The notes below the pieces were generated by a model that did no database searches, had not been told where the DNA came from, and saw only the letters and a list, made by a program, of their open reading frames with translations. Made by a program: the position numbers and the translations under genes. From positions 32,010 through 96,009 of the forward strand of contig CASEEU010000022.1 of assembly GCA_949287075.1 (NCBI GenBank): a DNA stretch of 64,000 nt, written 5' to 3'. This DNA is from an uncultured Eubacteriales bacterium (lineage in GTDB: Bacteria > Bacillota > Clostridia > TANB77 > CAG-508). Every line of letters begins with the position of its first letter. Positions within the stretch are counted from its first letter, which is position 1. This document shows positions 37,462 to 48,720 of the stretch, one piece after another.

Positions 37462-40400
37462 TTGAAAACAAATAGAATATTAAAAATTGATGGAACCATA
37501 CTAGATAAAAGGCAATTAGAAAACCATTTACAAAAAATTGCATCAAACCATAATTTAATCAATAAACCATCTAAAGAAACATATCCAATTCCTCAATTAA
37601 TAGAAAACTATGAAACCATAAAAATGGTTTATCATTTATTAAATGAACATGTAAAACTAGGAATGGCAACACATCCAGCAGGTGAATGGTTATTAGATAA
37701 TTTTTATATTATAGAAGAAACGGTAAAACAAATTCAAAAAGAATTAACATTAAAAAAATATATGAATTTTCTAGGGATTGCGAACGGAAAATACAAAGGA
37801 TTTGCCAGAATATATGTATTAGCAGCAGAGATTGTAGCCTATACAGATAATAAAATTGAAAAAGAAGACTTAGAAGATTATTTAGCAAGTTATCAAGAAA
37901 AAAAGACATTAAGTATGGAAGAAATCTGGAATATTGGTTTGTTTCTTCAAATAGCTATTATTGAAAATATTCGAGAAATTTGTGAAAAAATATACAGTAG
38001 TCAAATACAAAAAATGAAAGCAGAAAATATCGTACAAAAATTAATTGAAACACCACAAAATCATAAAGAAAATCATATATATCATTTGAAAAATATCAAA
38101 AAAGATATGTTACATGATGTCAAATATCCATTTATCGAATATATGTCCTATATCCTAAAACGATATGGAAAAAAGGGATATCGCTATTTAAAAATATTAG
38201 ATGAAATTGTAGAAATGACAGGAACAACAGTACAAGAAGTGATTAAAAAAGAACATTTTGATATTGCAGTAAAAAAAGTATCTATTGGAAATAGTATTAC
38301 CAGTATAAAAACCATACAAAGAATTAATTTTTTAGAGATTTTTGAAAAAATAAATGGTGTAGAAGAAATTCTAAAACAAGATCCGGCAGATGTATATTCT
38401 AAAATGGATAATCCGACAAAAGAGAGTTATAGAAATATCATTAAAGAAATATCGAAAAAAACAAAAATATCAGAAATTTATATAGCTAAAAAGATTTTAC
38501 AACTAGCAAAAGAGAATAAAGAAGATGAGAAAAAAGCACATATAGGATATTACATGATAGATAAAGGAATTGAAAAAGTTTATCAAGAATTACAGTATAA
38601 AGTACCAAAACATATGAGAGAAAAAACAAAACAAACATTATATATTGCAATGAATATCATCTTATCAATTGTCGTATCAATGGCATTTAGTAGTATTTTA
38701 AATCTATATATCAAAAATGTAGGAATATATCTGTTGAGTTTTTTCATTCTATTTATCCCATCTTCAGAAATTGTAACACAAATTATACAATATATCTTAA
38801 GTAAAATGGTAAAACCAAAAACCATTCCAAAAATCGATTTTTCAAAAGGAATCGATGAAGAACATGCATGTATGGTAGTCATTCCAACCATTTTGAAAAA
38901 TAAAGAAAAAGTAAAAGAATTGATGCACAAATTAGAAGTATATTATATTGCTAATCAATCAAAGAATTTGTATTTTACTTTGTTAGGAGATTGTTCAGAA
39001 AGTACTTTGCAAGAAGAAAAAGCGGACAATGAAGTGATTGAAACAGGAATACAATTAGCAGAAAAATTAAATAAAACATATGCAAAAGAAAATAATTTTC
39101 CTATTTTTCATTTTATCTATCGAAAAAGAGAATGGAATGAAAAAGAAAATTGTTATTTAGGTTGGGAAAGAAAAAGAGGGATGCTTACACAATTTAATGA
39201 ATATCTGTTAGAAAATGAAGAAAATGTATTTCGTACCAATACCATAGAGGAATATAAAGATTGTATTCCCCAAATACAATATGTGATTACATTAGATGCA
39301 GATACAGAGCTAATTTTAAATTCTGCATTTGAATTAGTAGGGGCAATGGCACATATCTTAAATAAACCAGTCATTGATGAAGAGAAAAATATTGTAGTAG
39401 AAGGACATGGAATGATTCAACCCAGAATTGGAATCAATTTGGAAATTTCATACAAAACCTTATTTACACAAATATTTGCAGGAGCAGGTGGATTAGATTC
39501 TTATACAAATGCCATTTCTGATTTATACCAAGATAATTTTGAAGAAGGTATTTTTACAGGAAAAGGAATCTATGATGTAAAGGTATTTTCAAGAGTACTA
39601 AAAAATGCCATACCAGAAAATACCGTATTAAGTCATGACTTATTAGAAGGATGTTATTTACGTTGTGGTTTAGCAACAGACATTATGCTAATGGATGGAT
39701 ATCCTTGCAAATATAATAGTTTTATGAACCGATTGTCTAGATGGATAAGAGGAGATTGGCAAATTATTGGTTGGTTAAAAGGAAAAGTAAATAGCAAAAT
39801 AGGAAACATACAAAATCCCTTAAATTGTCTTTCAAAATATAAAATTTTTGATAATTTAAGAAGAAGTTTTATTGAATGTATGGCTATCATTTCTCTTATT
39901 TTATTTGCTGTGTTAGGAAAACTATATCAATTTGAAACATATCCATTTGTTATCATAACTCTAATAGCAGTAGTCATGCCATATATTCTAGAAATGTTTA
40001 ATACCATGTTAGTAAAAAAAGAAGGGGAGCATAAACAAAAGAAATTTTCTCCAAAGATTTCAGGATATAAAGGAATTGGGCTAAGAATATTCATTATGAT
40101 AGGCGTATTACCATATAAAGCATATATTTCTTGTATAGCTATCATAAAAACATTGTATCGTAAATGGATTAGTCACAAAAAACTATTAGAATGGATGACA
40201 TCAGAAGAAGCAGAAAAACAAGCAAAAAATGATGTGATGTCATATGTAAAACAAATGTGGTTTAATATTGCTTTTGGAATTTTGAGCATAGGATATGCTT
40301 TAACTAGCAAAAATTTTGGAGATTTTATTATACAAACCATATTAGGTATTTTATGGATATTTGCACCTTTTATGATGTGGTATATTAGCAAAGAGAAAAA

Positions 40401-43400
40401 AGAAATAAAAGCAATTGAAACATTAGATAAAACAGAAATAGAATATATCTTAGAAATTGGAAGAAAAACATGGCAATTTTTTAAACAATACATTACCAAA
40501 GAAAATAATTATCTGATGTCAGATAATTATCAAGAAGATAGAAAACAAAAAATTGTTACAAGGACATCCTCAACCAATATAGGATTATCCATTTTAGCCA
40601 TTGTTTCAAGTTATGATTTACAATATGAAGCTTTACCAGAGACAATTGATTTGTTGTATAAAGTAGTCAATTCAGTGGATAGTCTGCAAAAATGGAATGG
40701 ACATTTATATAATTGGTATGATACAAAAACAAAAGAACCATTAAGACCAAGATATATTTCAACAGTAGATAGTGGGAATTTTGTGGGATATCTGTATGTA
40801 ACAAAAGCATTTTTAAAAGAAATACAAGAAATATTGCAAAATGATGATTTGTTGATTTCAAAACCAACAGAAACAAAAAAAACAATAGACATAACAAATA
40901 AAGAAGAAAAGGTGAAAGTACAAAATCAAATACATGAAATGTTGGAAATCATTAAAAGAATTATTGACCAAACAGACTTTACTAATTTATACAGTCAAGA
41001 ACATCAAATCTTTTCAATCGGATACAATATCGAAGAGAACAAATTAACAGATTCATATTATGACTTGTTAGCAACAGAGGCGAGACAAGCAAGTTTAGTT
41101 GCCATTGCCAAAAAAGATATTCCATCAAAACATTGGAACCATTTAAGTAGAACATTAACAGTTTTGGAAAAATATAAAGGATTGATTTCTTGGTCAGGAA
41201 CAGCATTTGAATATTTAATGCCAAATATCAATATTCCAAAATATAAAGGTAGCTTATTAGATGAATCTTGCAAATTTATGATGATGAGTCAAATGAAATA
41301 TGCAGAAGAAATGCATTTACCATTTGGCGTATCAGAAGCTGCGTTTAATTTAAAAGATTTACAATCCAATTATCAATATAAGGCGTTTGGAATTCCATGG
41401 CTAGGATTAAAAAGAGGATTGGCAGATGAAATGGTGGTATCTTCTTATGGTAGTATGTTAGCCATTACAGATATTCCAAAAGAAGTGGTAAAAAATTTAA
41501 AAATATTGGAACAATATGGAATGTACAACAAATATGGATTTTATGAATCTTTAGATTTTACACCAGAAAGAGTTAGAAAAGGAAAACAGGCAGAAGTTGT
41601 AAAAACATACATGGCACATCATCAAGGGTTGATTTTGTTATCAATTAACAATTTAATCAATCAATTCATTTTACAAAAACGATTTACAAAAAATCCAGAA
41701 ATACAAGCCGTTACCATATTACTTCAAGAAACGATGCCAGAAAAAGCCATTATTACAAAAGAAGATAAAGAAAAAGTAGAAAAATTAAAATATAAAGACT
41801 ATGAAGATTATATTGTAAGAGCGTATACCAAAATAGATGAAAGATTGATCACAGGAAATGTAATATCTAACGAAAATTACATGATAGCAATGAATCAAAA
41901 AGGGGAAGGATTTAGTCAATATAAAAATATGTATATTAATCATTTTAAACGTACAGATGATGATATACAAGGAATGATATTTTATATCAAAAGCATTAAA
42001 AATAAGCAAATCATGAGTTCAAGTTATTCACAAAATATAAAAAATGAAAATCAATATCAAATTCGATTTATGCCAGATAAAAATGAACAAGAGATAACAA
42101 GTGGAAATATAAAAGCAACCATAAAAATGACAGTGGCTTCAAATGAACCAGTGGAAATAAGAAGAATGATATTAGAAAATTTAGGAAATGAAGAAGAAAT
42201 TGTAGAATTAACAGGATATTTTGAACCCGTCTTGGCGCCAAAGGAACAATATTATGCTCATCCAGCATTTAATAATTTGTTTTTAGTATATGAATATGAT
42301 GAAAAAAATGAAGCTTTACTGGTAAAAAGAAAGAAAAGAGAATTAGGACAGAACGAAATCTTTTTAGCTACGACATTGCATGTGAGTAGGGATGATAGAA
42401 TTGGTGATTTAGAATATGAAATAGAAGAAGAAAAATTTATGGGAAGAGGAAATTTAAAAATACCAAAGATGGTAAAAGATTCATTGCCATTTTCTAAAAA
42501 AATAGGTCTTGTAACAGAACCAGTAGTTGCATTAAAAAGAACCATCAAAATAAAAAGCCAAGAAAAGGTAGTGGTTGATTTTATAGTATCTGTAGAAGAA
42601 AATAAAGAACAAACTGTTCAAAACTTAGAAAAATATATGTCTTTTGAAAATGTAAAAAATGAATTTGACTTGTCAAAAGCAAGGGTAGAAGCAGAAACAA
42701 GATATTTAAATGTAAAAGGAAAAGATATAGAAAACTTTCAAAAAATGTTGGCATATATCTTGTTTGATGATTCGATGAAAAGTGTGGAAAAAGAAAAAAT
42801 AAAACAAATACAATCATTCAAGCAAAATGATTTATGGAAATATGGAATATCAGGTGATTTACCAATCATATTGGTGAAAATGAAAAGTACAAATGATGCA
42901 GATGGATTAAAAGAAGTTTTAAAAGCATATGAATATTTTAAAACCAAAAATGTGGAGACAGAGATTGTGATAATAGACGAAGAAAAGTATAGTTATGAAA
43001 ATTATGTAAGAGAAGAAATAGAATCAACCATATTGAACCAACATATGGGATATTTAAAAAATATAAAAGGTGGAATCTTTATATTAAACGAAGAAGAAAT
43101 GGACGAAAAAGATATTACATTTTTAGAATTTATATCAATGATGACAATAGACTGTGAAAAAGGAAATTTAGAAAATAACCTAAAAGAAATAGAAGAAACT
43201 TATTTAGAAACCTATAAAGAAATTAGTGAAGAAGAAAACACAAATCAATTTATAGAAGAAAACACAGAAGATATCGACATCTTAAAAGATACAGAAAACT
43301 TGAAATATTATAATGAATATGGTGGTTTTTCAGAAGATGGAAAAGAATATTGGATATGTGTGAATAAACAAAAGCGTTTGCCAACTGTGTGGTCACATAT

Positions 43401-45753
43401 TATGGCAAATGAAACGTTTGGAACCATTGTTACAGAAAATATGGGAGGATATAGTTGGTACAAAAATAGCCGACTAAATCGATTAACCAGTTGGAATAAT
43501 AATCCAAGTCTTGACATTCCATCAGAAGTTATTTATGTAAAAGATATGGATACAAAGAAAAGCTGGTCTTTAGGATTAAACCCAATGCCAGATAATCAAA
43601 ACTATAATGTGGTTTATGGGTTTGGTTATTGTAAATATATGCATAGCCATTTAGGAATGGAACAAGAATTAGAAATCTTTGTTCCAAGGGAAGATAGTTG
43701 TAAAATTGGTATTTTAAAATTAAGTAATAAAACACCAAATCGAAAACATCTAAAACTATATTATTATATAAAACCAGTGATTGGAGAAGATGAATTCAAA
43801 ACATCTGGAAACATTCATATCAAATTTGATAGAAATAGTAATGTGATAACTGCCAATAATTTATATACAAATGAAATCGATCAAACAAAATTATATATGT
43901 CATCTAGTGAAAAAATAAAAAGTTATACAGGAGATAAAAAATTTTTCTTAGGAAAAAATGGGTTATCCAATCCAGATGGTATAAAAAAGCTTAGATTAAA
44001 TAATAGTGATGCCATTGGTAGAGAGACATGTATAGTAATGGAAATAGAAGTAGAAATTGAAAGTTTTTCTAATAAAGACATAGCCTTTATTTTAGGAGCA
44101 GAAGAAACCATAATGGATTGTAAAAATATAGCTTATAAATATAGTAAATTACAAAATTGTAAACAAGAATTAGAACGTGTAAAAAATTATTGGAAAGAAC
44201 TATTAGGAAAACTCCAAATATATACTCCATTAGAATCAACTAATATTTTATTAAATGGTTGGTGTATCTATCAAACATTAGAAAGTAGACTTTTAGGAAG
44301 AAGTGGATATTATCAATCAGGAGGTGCATTTGGATTTAGAGACCAATTACAAGACACGATTGCTTTAAAATATATTTCACCAGAATTTTTAAAACAACAA
44401 ATTATCAAACATAGTCAACATCAATTTGAAGAAGGAGATGTAGAACACTGGTGGCATGAAGAAACGGGTAGAGGAATTCGAACAAGATTTTCAGATGATT
44501 TACTATGGTTACCATATCTTGTATTACAATATATTCACTTTACAGGAGATGATAGCATTTTAGATATAGAAACACCATATTTAAAAGGTGCTATCTTAGA
44601 AGAAGGTGTAGATGAAAAATATGACAAATATCTACCAAGTGAAAAACAAGAAAGTATTTATTGGCATTGTATCAGAGCAATCGAAAAAAGTTTCAACTTT
44701 GGAGAAAATGGATTACCGAAAATTGGTAGTGGGGATTGGAATGATGGATTTAGTACAGTAGGAAATAAAGGAAGAGGAGAAAGTGTATGGTTAGGATTTT
44801 TCTTGTATAACATTTTAGACGAATTTATTCCAATATGTGAAATGATGGAAAAGAAAGAAAGAGAAAACTTAGAAGAAAATGTATATCATGAAGACGAATT
44901 TCAAAAGAAAGAAGTTGAAAGTCGAAGTGCAAAATGGAGAACAATCAAAATCCAATTGAAAAAAGCATTAAACACAAATGGTTGGGATGGCAGATGGTAT
45001 AAAAGAGCATTTATGGATGATGGAAATGTATTAGGTAGTATGGAAAATGATGAATGTAGAATTGATAGTATTGCACAAAGTTGGAGTATTATATCAAAAG
45101 CAGGAGATAATGATAAAAAATATATTTCAATGGAAAGTTTAGAAAATCATTTAGTAGATAAAGAAAATGGCATTATAAAACTATTAGACCCACCATTTGA
45201 AAAAGGACATTTAGAACCAGGATATATCAAAGCCTATTTACCAGGTGTCAGAGAAAATGGAGGACAATATACACACGCAAGTTGTTGGGCAATTATTGCA
45301 GAAGCATTATTAGGATTTGGAGATAAAGCCTTAGAATTTTATAGAATGATTAATCCAATCGAACATGCAAGAACAAAAGATGCTAGTAGTAAATATAAGG
45401 TAGAACCATATGCTATTGCAGCAGATATATATGGAGCAGGTAACCTAGCTGGAAGAGGTGGATGGACTTGGTATACAGGTTCAAGTAGTTGGTATTATAT
45501 TGCGGGAATCGAATATATATTAGGACTAAAAATAAAAGAAGGATATCTAACGATAGAACCATGCATTCCAAAAGATTGGAAAGAATATTTAATGAGATAT
45601 AAATGGAAAGATAGTATTTATAATATAAAAGTAATGAATCAAAATCAAAAAAATACGGGAGTAGAAAAAGTATTGTTGAATGGAGAAGAGGTTGAGAATA
45701 AGATAAAATTAGATGGAAGTAATAAAGTGTATCATATTGAGGTGTATATGTAG
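37462..45753 (+). CDS. cgs: Cyclic beta-1,2-glucan synthase homolog (Cgs/NdvB/ChvB-like: membrane GT84 glycosyltransferase domain plus C-terminal GH94 glucan phosphorylase domain)
   Basis: 2763 aa from a TTG start. The central region (ITLDADTELILNSAFELV...GHGMIQPRIGI...FAGAGGLDSYTNAISDLYQDNFEEGIFTGKGIYDVKVF...PENTVLSHDLLEG) matches the NdvB GT84 core, with multiple TM segments, and the C-terminal ~1000 aa are GH94-like. The length is characteristic of Cgs. Confidence 0.75.
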   Translation: MKTNRILKIDGTILDKRQLENHLQKIASNHNLINKPSKETYPIPQLIENYETIKMVYHLLNEHVKLGMATHPAGEWLLDNFYIIEETVKQIQKELTLKKYMNFLGIANGKYKGFARIYVLAAEIVAYTDNKIEKEDLEDYLASYQEKKTLSMEEIWNIGLFLQIAIIENIREICEKIYSSQIQKMKAENIVQKLIETPQNHKENHIYHLKNIKKDMLHDVKYPFIEYMSYILKRYGKKGYRYLKILDEIVEMTGTTVQEVIKKEHFDIAVKKVSIGNSITSIKTIQRINFLEIFEKINGVEEILKQDPADVYSKMDNPTKESYRNIIKEISKKTKISEIYIAKKILQLAKENKEDEKKAHIGYYMIDKGIEKVYQELQYKVPKHMREKTKQTLYIAMNIILSIVVSMAFSSILNLYIKNVGIYLLSFFILFIPSSEIVTQIIQYILSKMVKPKTIPKIDFSKGIDEEHACMVVIPTILKNKEKVKELMHKLEVYYIANQSKNLYFTLLGDCSESTLQEEKADNEVIETGIQLAEKLNKTYAKENNFPIFHFIYRKREWNEKENCYLGWERKRGMLTQFNEYLLENEENVFRTNTIEEYKDCIPQIQYVITLDADTELILNSAFELVGAMAHILNKPVIDEEKNIVVEGHGMIQPRIGINLEISYKTLFTQIFAGAGGLDSYTNAISDLYQDNFEEGIFTGKGIYDVKVFSRVLKNAIPENTVLSHDLLEGCYLRCGLATDIMLMDGYPCKYNSFMNRLSRWIRGDWQIIGWLKGKVNSKIGNIQNPLNCLSKYKIFDNLRRSFIECMAIISLILFAVLGKLYQFETYPFVIITLIAVVMPYILEMFNTMLVKKEGEHKQKKFSPKISGYKGIGLRIFIMIGVLPYKAYISCIAIIKTLYRKWISHKKLLEWMTSEEAEKQAKNDVMSYVKQMWFNIAFGILSIGYALTSKNFGDFIIQTILGILWIFAPFMMWYISKEKKEIKAIETLDKTEIEYILEIGRKTWQFFKQYITKENNYLMSDNYQEDRKQKIVTRTSSTNIGLSILAIVSSYDLQYEALPETIDLLYKVVNSVDSLQKWNGHLYNWYDTKTKEPLRPRYISTVDSGNFVGYLYVTKAFLKEIQEILQNDDLLISKPTETKKTIDITNKEEKVKVQNQIHEMLEIIKRIIDQTDFTNLYSQEHQIFSIGYNIEENKLTDSYYDLLATEARQASLVAIAKKDIPSKHWNHLSRTLTVLEKYKGLISWSGTAFEYLMPNINIPKYKGSLLDESCKFMMMSQMKYAEEMHLPFGVSEAAFNLKDLQSNYQYKAFGIPWLGLKRGLADEMVVSSYGSMLAITDIPKEVVKNLKILEQYGMYNKYGFYESLDFTPERVRKGKQAEVVKTYMAHHQGLILLSINNLINQFILQKRFTKNPEIQAVTILLQETMPEKAIITKEDKEKVEKLKYKDYEDYIVRAYTKIDERLITGNVISNENYMIAMNQKGEGFSQYKNMYINHFKRTDDDIQGMIFYIKSIKNKQIMSSSYSQNIKNENQYQIRFMPDKNEQEITSGNIKATIKMTVASNEPVEIRRMILENLGNEEEIVELTGYFEPVLAPKEQYYAHPAFNNLFLVYEYDEKNEALLVKRKKRELGQNEIFLATTLHVSRDDRIGDLEYEIEEEKFMGRGNLKIPKMVKDSLPFSKKIGLVTEPVVALKRTIKIKSQEKVVVDFIVSVEENKEQTVQNLEKYMSFENVKNEFDLSKARVEAETRYLNVKGKDIENFQKMLAYILFDDSMKSVEKEKIKQIQSFKQNDLWKYGISGDLPIILVKMKSTNDADGLKEVLKAYEYFKTKNVETEIVIIDEEKYSYENYVREEIESTILNQHMGYLKNIKGGIFILNEEEMDEKDITFLEFISMMTIDCEKGNLENNLKEIEETYLETYKEISEEENTNQFIEENTEDIDILKDTENLKYYNEYGGFSEDGKEYWICVNKQKRLPTVWSHIMANETFGTIVTENMGGYSWYKNSRLNRLTSWNNNPSLDIPSEVIYVKDMDTKKSWSLGLNPMPDNQNYNVVYGFGYCKYMHSHLGMEQELEIFVPREDSCKIGILKLSNKTPNRKHLKLYYYIKPVIGEDEFKTSGNIHIKFDRNSNVITANNLYTNEIDQTKLYMSSSEKIKSYTGDKKFFLGKNGLSNPDGIKKLRLNNSDAIGRETCIVMEIEVEIESFSNKDIAFILGAEETIMDCKNIAYKYSKLQNCKQELERVKNYWKELLGKLQIYTPLESTNILLNGWCIYQTLESRLLGRSGYYQSGGAFGFRDQLQDTIALKYISPEFLKQQIIKHSQHQFEEGDVEHWWHEETGRGIRTRFSDDLLWLPYLVLQYIHFTGDDSILDIETPYLKGAILEEGVDEKYDKYLPSEKQESIYWHCIRAIEKSFNFGENGLPKIGSGDWNDGFSTVGNKGRGESVWLGFFLYNILDEFIPICEMMEKKERENLEENVYHEDEFQKKEVESRSAKWRTIKIQLKKALNTNGWDGRWYKRAFMDDGNVLGSMENDECRIDSIAQSWSIISKAGDNDKKYISMESLENHLVDKENGIIKLLDPPFEKGHLEPGYIKAYLPGVRENGGQYTHASCWAIIAEALLGFGDKALEFYRMINPIEHARTKDASSKYKVEPYAIAADIYGAGNLAGRGGWTWYTGSSSWYYIAGIEYILGLKIKEGYLTIEPCIPKDWKEYLMRYKWKDSIYNIKVMNQNQKNTGVEKVLLNGEEVENKIKLDGSNKVYHIEVYM

Positions 45754-46075
45754 AGTTCTATTTGGATAATAATACAATTGATGATAACCTATTTGGAAAT
45801 GAAAATAATATTGTATTTTATACGGATGAAGAATTAGAGGAAGATAGCACATGTGCAAAAATTGCACATATGGGTAATAATAATAAACAACAGTATATTA
45901 CGAAAAATTTAGAATTAAACAAGATAAAGCATATATTTCCAGTATGGATCAAATGTTAGACAAGTATTTAAAAGAGAATAAATAATTTTTTTAAAATTCT
46001 TGATATTCAAAAGTCACAAAAAAATAATTCTCTCATATATATAGTAATAAAAGCTATAAAGGGAGGATTATTTTT

Positions 46076-46756
46076 ATGGCAAAAATATTAGTGTTTAATA
46101 ACGACACAGATAGAATGGAAACCTATTACAGAAATGAAGCTGACCCAATGCCATATAATACAAATGGAACACTAAGAGTGAGAGAATTTAGAGGTTCAAG
46201 CAGAAGTAATATATTATGGACAACAAAAAGAACCATGCAAAGTTGGAATAGTCAAAGATATATTTTTGGCGGACCAATACCAGTGGGATTTGCTTTTAAA
46301 AGACCATATGAAGGTGGACACGGAAACCAAAGTCAACATTATGCAGGCGTAGCCTTTGATGTTGGGCAAACATTATCAGCAGAGAGAAGGAGAGTGCTTT
46401 GGAACAGTGCAAATAATTCAGGAGTATGGACATATGTAGAGCCAATTTCGTTAACACCTACATGGGTACATTTTGATAAAAGATTTGGAAGTCCTGCTTG
46501 CAGTACAGGAGGTTTTCCACAATTAAAAAGAGGAAGTTTAAGTAATTATGTATTAATTGCACAAGATGATTTAAATACTTTGGGATATCGTACAAACGGA
46601 TTAGATGGTATATTTGGTCCAGCAACACAAAATGCGGTAAGAGAATATCAAAGAACAAGAGGATTGGCTGTTGATGGAATTGTTGGTTGCAATACATGGC
46701 GTTCACTTCAAGAAGAAGTGGTGGGAACAGGAGCAACAAGTACAACGATTAATTAA
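46076..46756 (+). CDS. M15-family zinc D,D-peptidase domain fused to a peptidoglycan-binding (PG_binding_1) domain; GC-richer than its surroundings
   Basis: GGHGNQSQHYAGVAFD (HxxGxAxD motif) plus C-terminal LNTLGYRTNGLDGIFGPATQNAVREYQRTRGLAVDGIVGCNTWRSL; followed by a terminator. Confidence 0.7.
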   Translation: MAKILVFNNDTDRMETYYRNEADPMPYNTNGTLRVREFRGSSRSNILWTTKRTMQSWNSQRYIFGGPIPVGFAFKRPYEGGHGNQSQHYAGVAFDVGQTLSAERRRVLWNSANNSGVWTYVEPISLTPTWVHFDKRFGSPACSTGGFPQLKRGSLSNYVLIAQDDLNTLGYRTNGLDGIFGPATQNAVREYQRTRGLAVDGIVGCNTWRSLQEEVVGTGATSTTIN

Positions 46757-46759
46757 TCA

Positions 46760-46792
46760 AAAAGACTATTTCTAACAAAGAAATAGTCTTTT
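46760..46792 (+). terminator. Rho-independent terminator after the M15 peptidase gene
   Basis: aaaagactatttct...agaaatagtctttt. Confidence 0.7.
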
Positions 46793-46884
46793 ATCATATA
46801 TGGAGAATTTTGTGGTAATAGTTATAAATTGATTGACAAAAGAACAAAAGTTTGATAGCATATAGCAAGTAAATAGAGGAGAAT

Positions 46885-47232
46885 TTGAAAATGAACAATA
46901 AAAATTTATATATAAGAAGTAGTTCAGCAGAATTTCTAATATTTGAACAACAGAAAAAAGAACATGGAATTGAAGTGCGTTTTGAAGATGGAGATTTATG
47001 GCTTACTCAAAAGGCGTTAGGAGAATTATTTAATACTACAAGGAATAATATAACTATGCATCTCCAAGAGATATATAGTAGTAGTGAACTTGATGAAAAT
47101 TCAACTAGTAAGGATTTCTTACTAGTTCAAAAAGAGGGAAATAGAGAAGTAAAAAGAAAAGTAAAGTATTACAATTTAGATGCAGTAATCTCTGTTGGAT
47201 ATAGAGTAAATACAGATAGAGCAAAAGTATAG
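46885..47232 (+). pseudogene. Truncated RhuM-family (virulence-associated) gene, N-terminal ~115 aa only
   Basis: ...EVRFEDGDLWLTQKALGELFNTTRNNITMHLQEIYSSSELDENST...KYYNLDAVISVGYRVNTDRAKV* matches the RhuM N-terminus and stops where full-length proteins (about 340 aa) continue. Confidence 0.6.
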
Positions 47233-47393
47233 AGTTGTACAAGATAAATTATACAAATCTGACTTTGATAAATTAACGGAAAGTAGTGAAAATTATAGAA
47301 TATTAAAATAAAATTGACAAAACAGGTATAACAAGTAATAAAAACTAAAAAGAAAGTGTTCAATACTAAAATGAGCACTTTCTTTTTTTTGTT

Positions 47394-47774
47394 TTAAGCA
47401 TCTTTATAATTACCACTTTTTTCTTCTTGCATTTTGACAAGTTGAGTTGCTAATAAATAAACAACTTCTTTATTATAATTGTTCAATTTTAGGTAAGTCT
47501 CTAAAAACTTATCATCTACTAAATCATTAAAAGAGGAAGCATCATTATCTATTAAATCATCAAAAAGAAAATTAGAACTAATATTTAGTGCTTTACAAAG
47601 ATTAATAATGGTTGTAGCACTTCCAAAAGCAATACCTCTTTCTAATTGACTAATATATCTTGTTGATAAAGAAAGTTTTTCTGCTAATTTTTCTTGCGTA
47701 TAGTTTGTTCTAGATCTAGCTAATTTAATTTTTTTACCAATATTTTTTCTTAAATATTTTTCATTATTATCCAT
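47394..47774 (-). CDS. XRE-family HTH transcriptional regulator
   Basis: 126 aa; IKLARSRTNYTQEKLAEKLSLSTRYISQLERG is an HTH_XRE pattern; bidirectional terminator at 47346-47390. Confidence 0.75.
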   Translation of the reverse strand: MDNNEKYLRKNIGKKIKLARSRTNYTQEKLAEKLSLSTRYISQLERGIAFGSATTIINLCKALNISSNFLFDDLIDNDASSFNDLVDDKFLETYLKLNNYNKEVVYLLATQLVKMQEEKSGNYKDA

Positions 47775-48038
47775 AAACTTTCCTCCATACTAATTTGTAT
47801 AAAAGTATATCAATTAGAAAGTTAAAAAAGAACGAACTTATAATATGATAAAAAGAATACAAAAGAACGAATCATTCATAAAAACTCATACAAAATAAAT
47901 GAGAAAATGAAAAAAATATAAAAAAAATTGAAAAAATTTGAAAAAAGTATTGCAAAATCAAAAAAGTTATATTAGAATTTAGGTGAAGTGGAGAGAAGTG
48001 GTACAAAGTGGTGGAAAAAGGAAATGAGGTGGAGACCA

Positions 48039-48464
48039 TTGCTAATTGGTGAATATGAGCATTCTCTAGACGCTAAAGGCAGATTAATTATGCCAGTAAA
48101 ATTGAGACAAGATATGGGAGAAAAGTTCATCGTAACAAAAGGGTTAGATGGATGTTTATTTGCTTTTTCACAAGAAGAATGGTTAAATTTTGAAACAAAA
48201 TTAAAAGCATTACCACTTTCAGATAAAAATGCCAGAAACTTTGTAAGATTTTTCTTATCAGGCGCAACAGAGTGTGAGATAGATAAACAAGGAAGATTTT
48301 TAATACCAAACAATTTAAGAAATGCAGCAAATCTAGAAAAAGAAGTTGTTATCATCGGTGTTGGGACAAGACTAGAAATATGGGATAAAGGCATTTGGGA
48401 AAAATGCGATGAAGATATATCAGCAGATGAAATAGCTGAAAATATGGCAAATCTAGGTATATAA
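48039..48464 (+). CDS. mraZ: Transcriptional regulator MraZ
   Basis: TTG start preceded by GAGGTGGAG; [22 protein letters not shown] and a second DxxGR repeat ([15 protein letters not shown]); start of the dcw cluster. Confidence 0.88.
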   Translation: MLIGEYEHSLDAKGRLIMPVKLRQDMGEKFIVTKGLDGCLFAFSQEEWLNFETKLKALPLSDKNARNFVRFFLSGATECEIDKQGRFLIPNNLRNAANLEKEVVIIGVGTRLEIWDKGIWEKCDEDISADEIAENMANLGI

Positions 48465-48485
48465 CTTGAAAAAGTTTATATAGAT

Positions 48486-48715
48486 ACAAAAGACAAATAT
48501 ACAAAAGATAAATGAAAAATTCACAAAAGATAAAAAGAAAAGTATACAAAAGATAAAGATACAAAAGCTTTAAAAAATACAAAAGATAAATTTTTTAAAG
48601 TACAAAAGATTCTAGGATACAAATCAAAAAATAATAAGATACAAAAGCGAATGATTACAAAAGAATTCGTAAAAACAATTTGAAACCCAAAAGAAAAATG
48701 ACAATATACAAAGAT
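48486..48715. repeat. Array of about 11 direct copies of the motif (G/T)ATACAAAAGATAAA (core ACAAAAGA) at irregular 15-23 nt spacing, in the mraZ-rsmH intergenic region
   Basis: ACAAAAGA (or a 1-mismatch variant) begins at about 48486, 48501, 48523, 48546, 48561, 48579, 48602, 48619, 48641, 48657 and 48707. Confidence 0.85.
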
Positions 48716-48720
48716 AAAGA

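Noticed and set aside
45762-45959. 65-aa ORF immediately after the cgs stop
   Set aside because: There is no convincing RBS, and it begins 9 nt after the cgs stop in a region of altered composition. It could be real, but the evidence is insufficient.
48486-48715. CRISPR array
   Set aside because: Repeat units are only 8-15 nt with irregular 15-23 nt spacing and no spacer-like unique segments of 26-40 nt. No cas genes are nearby.
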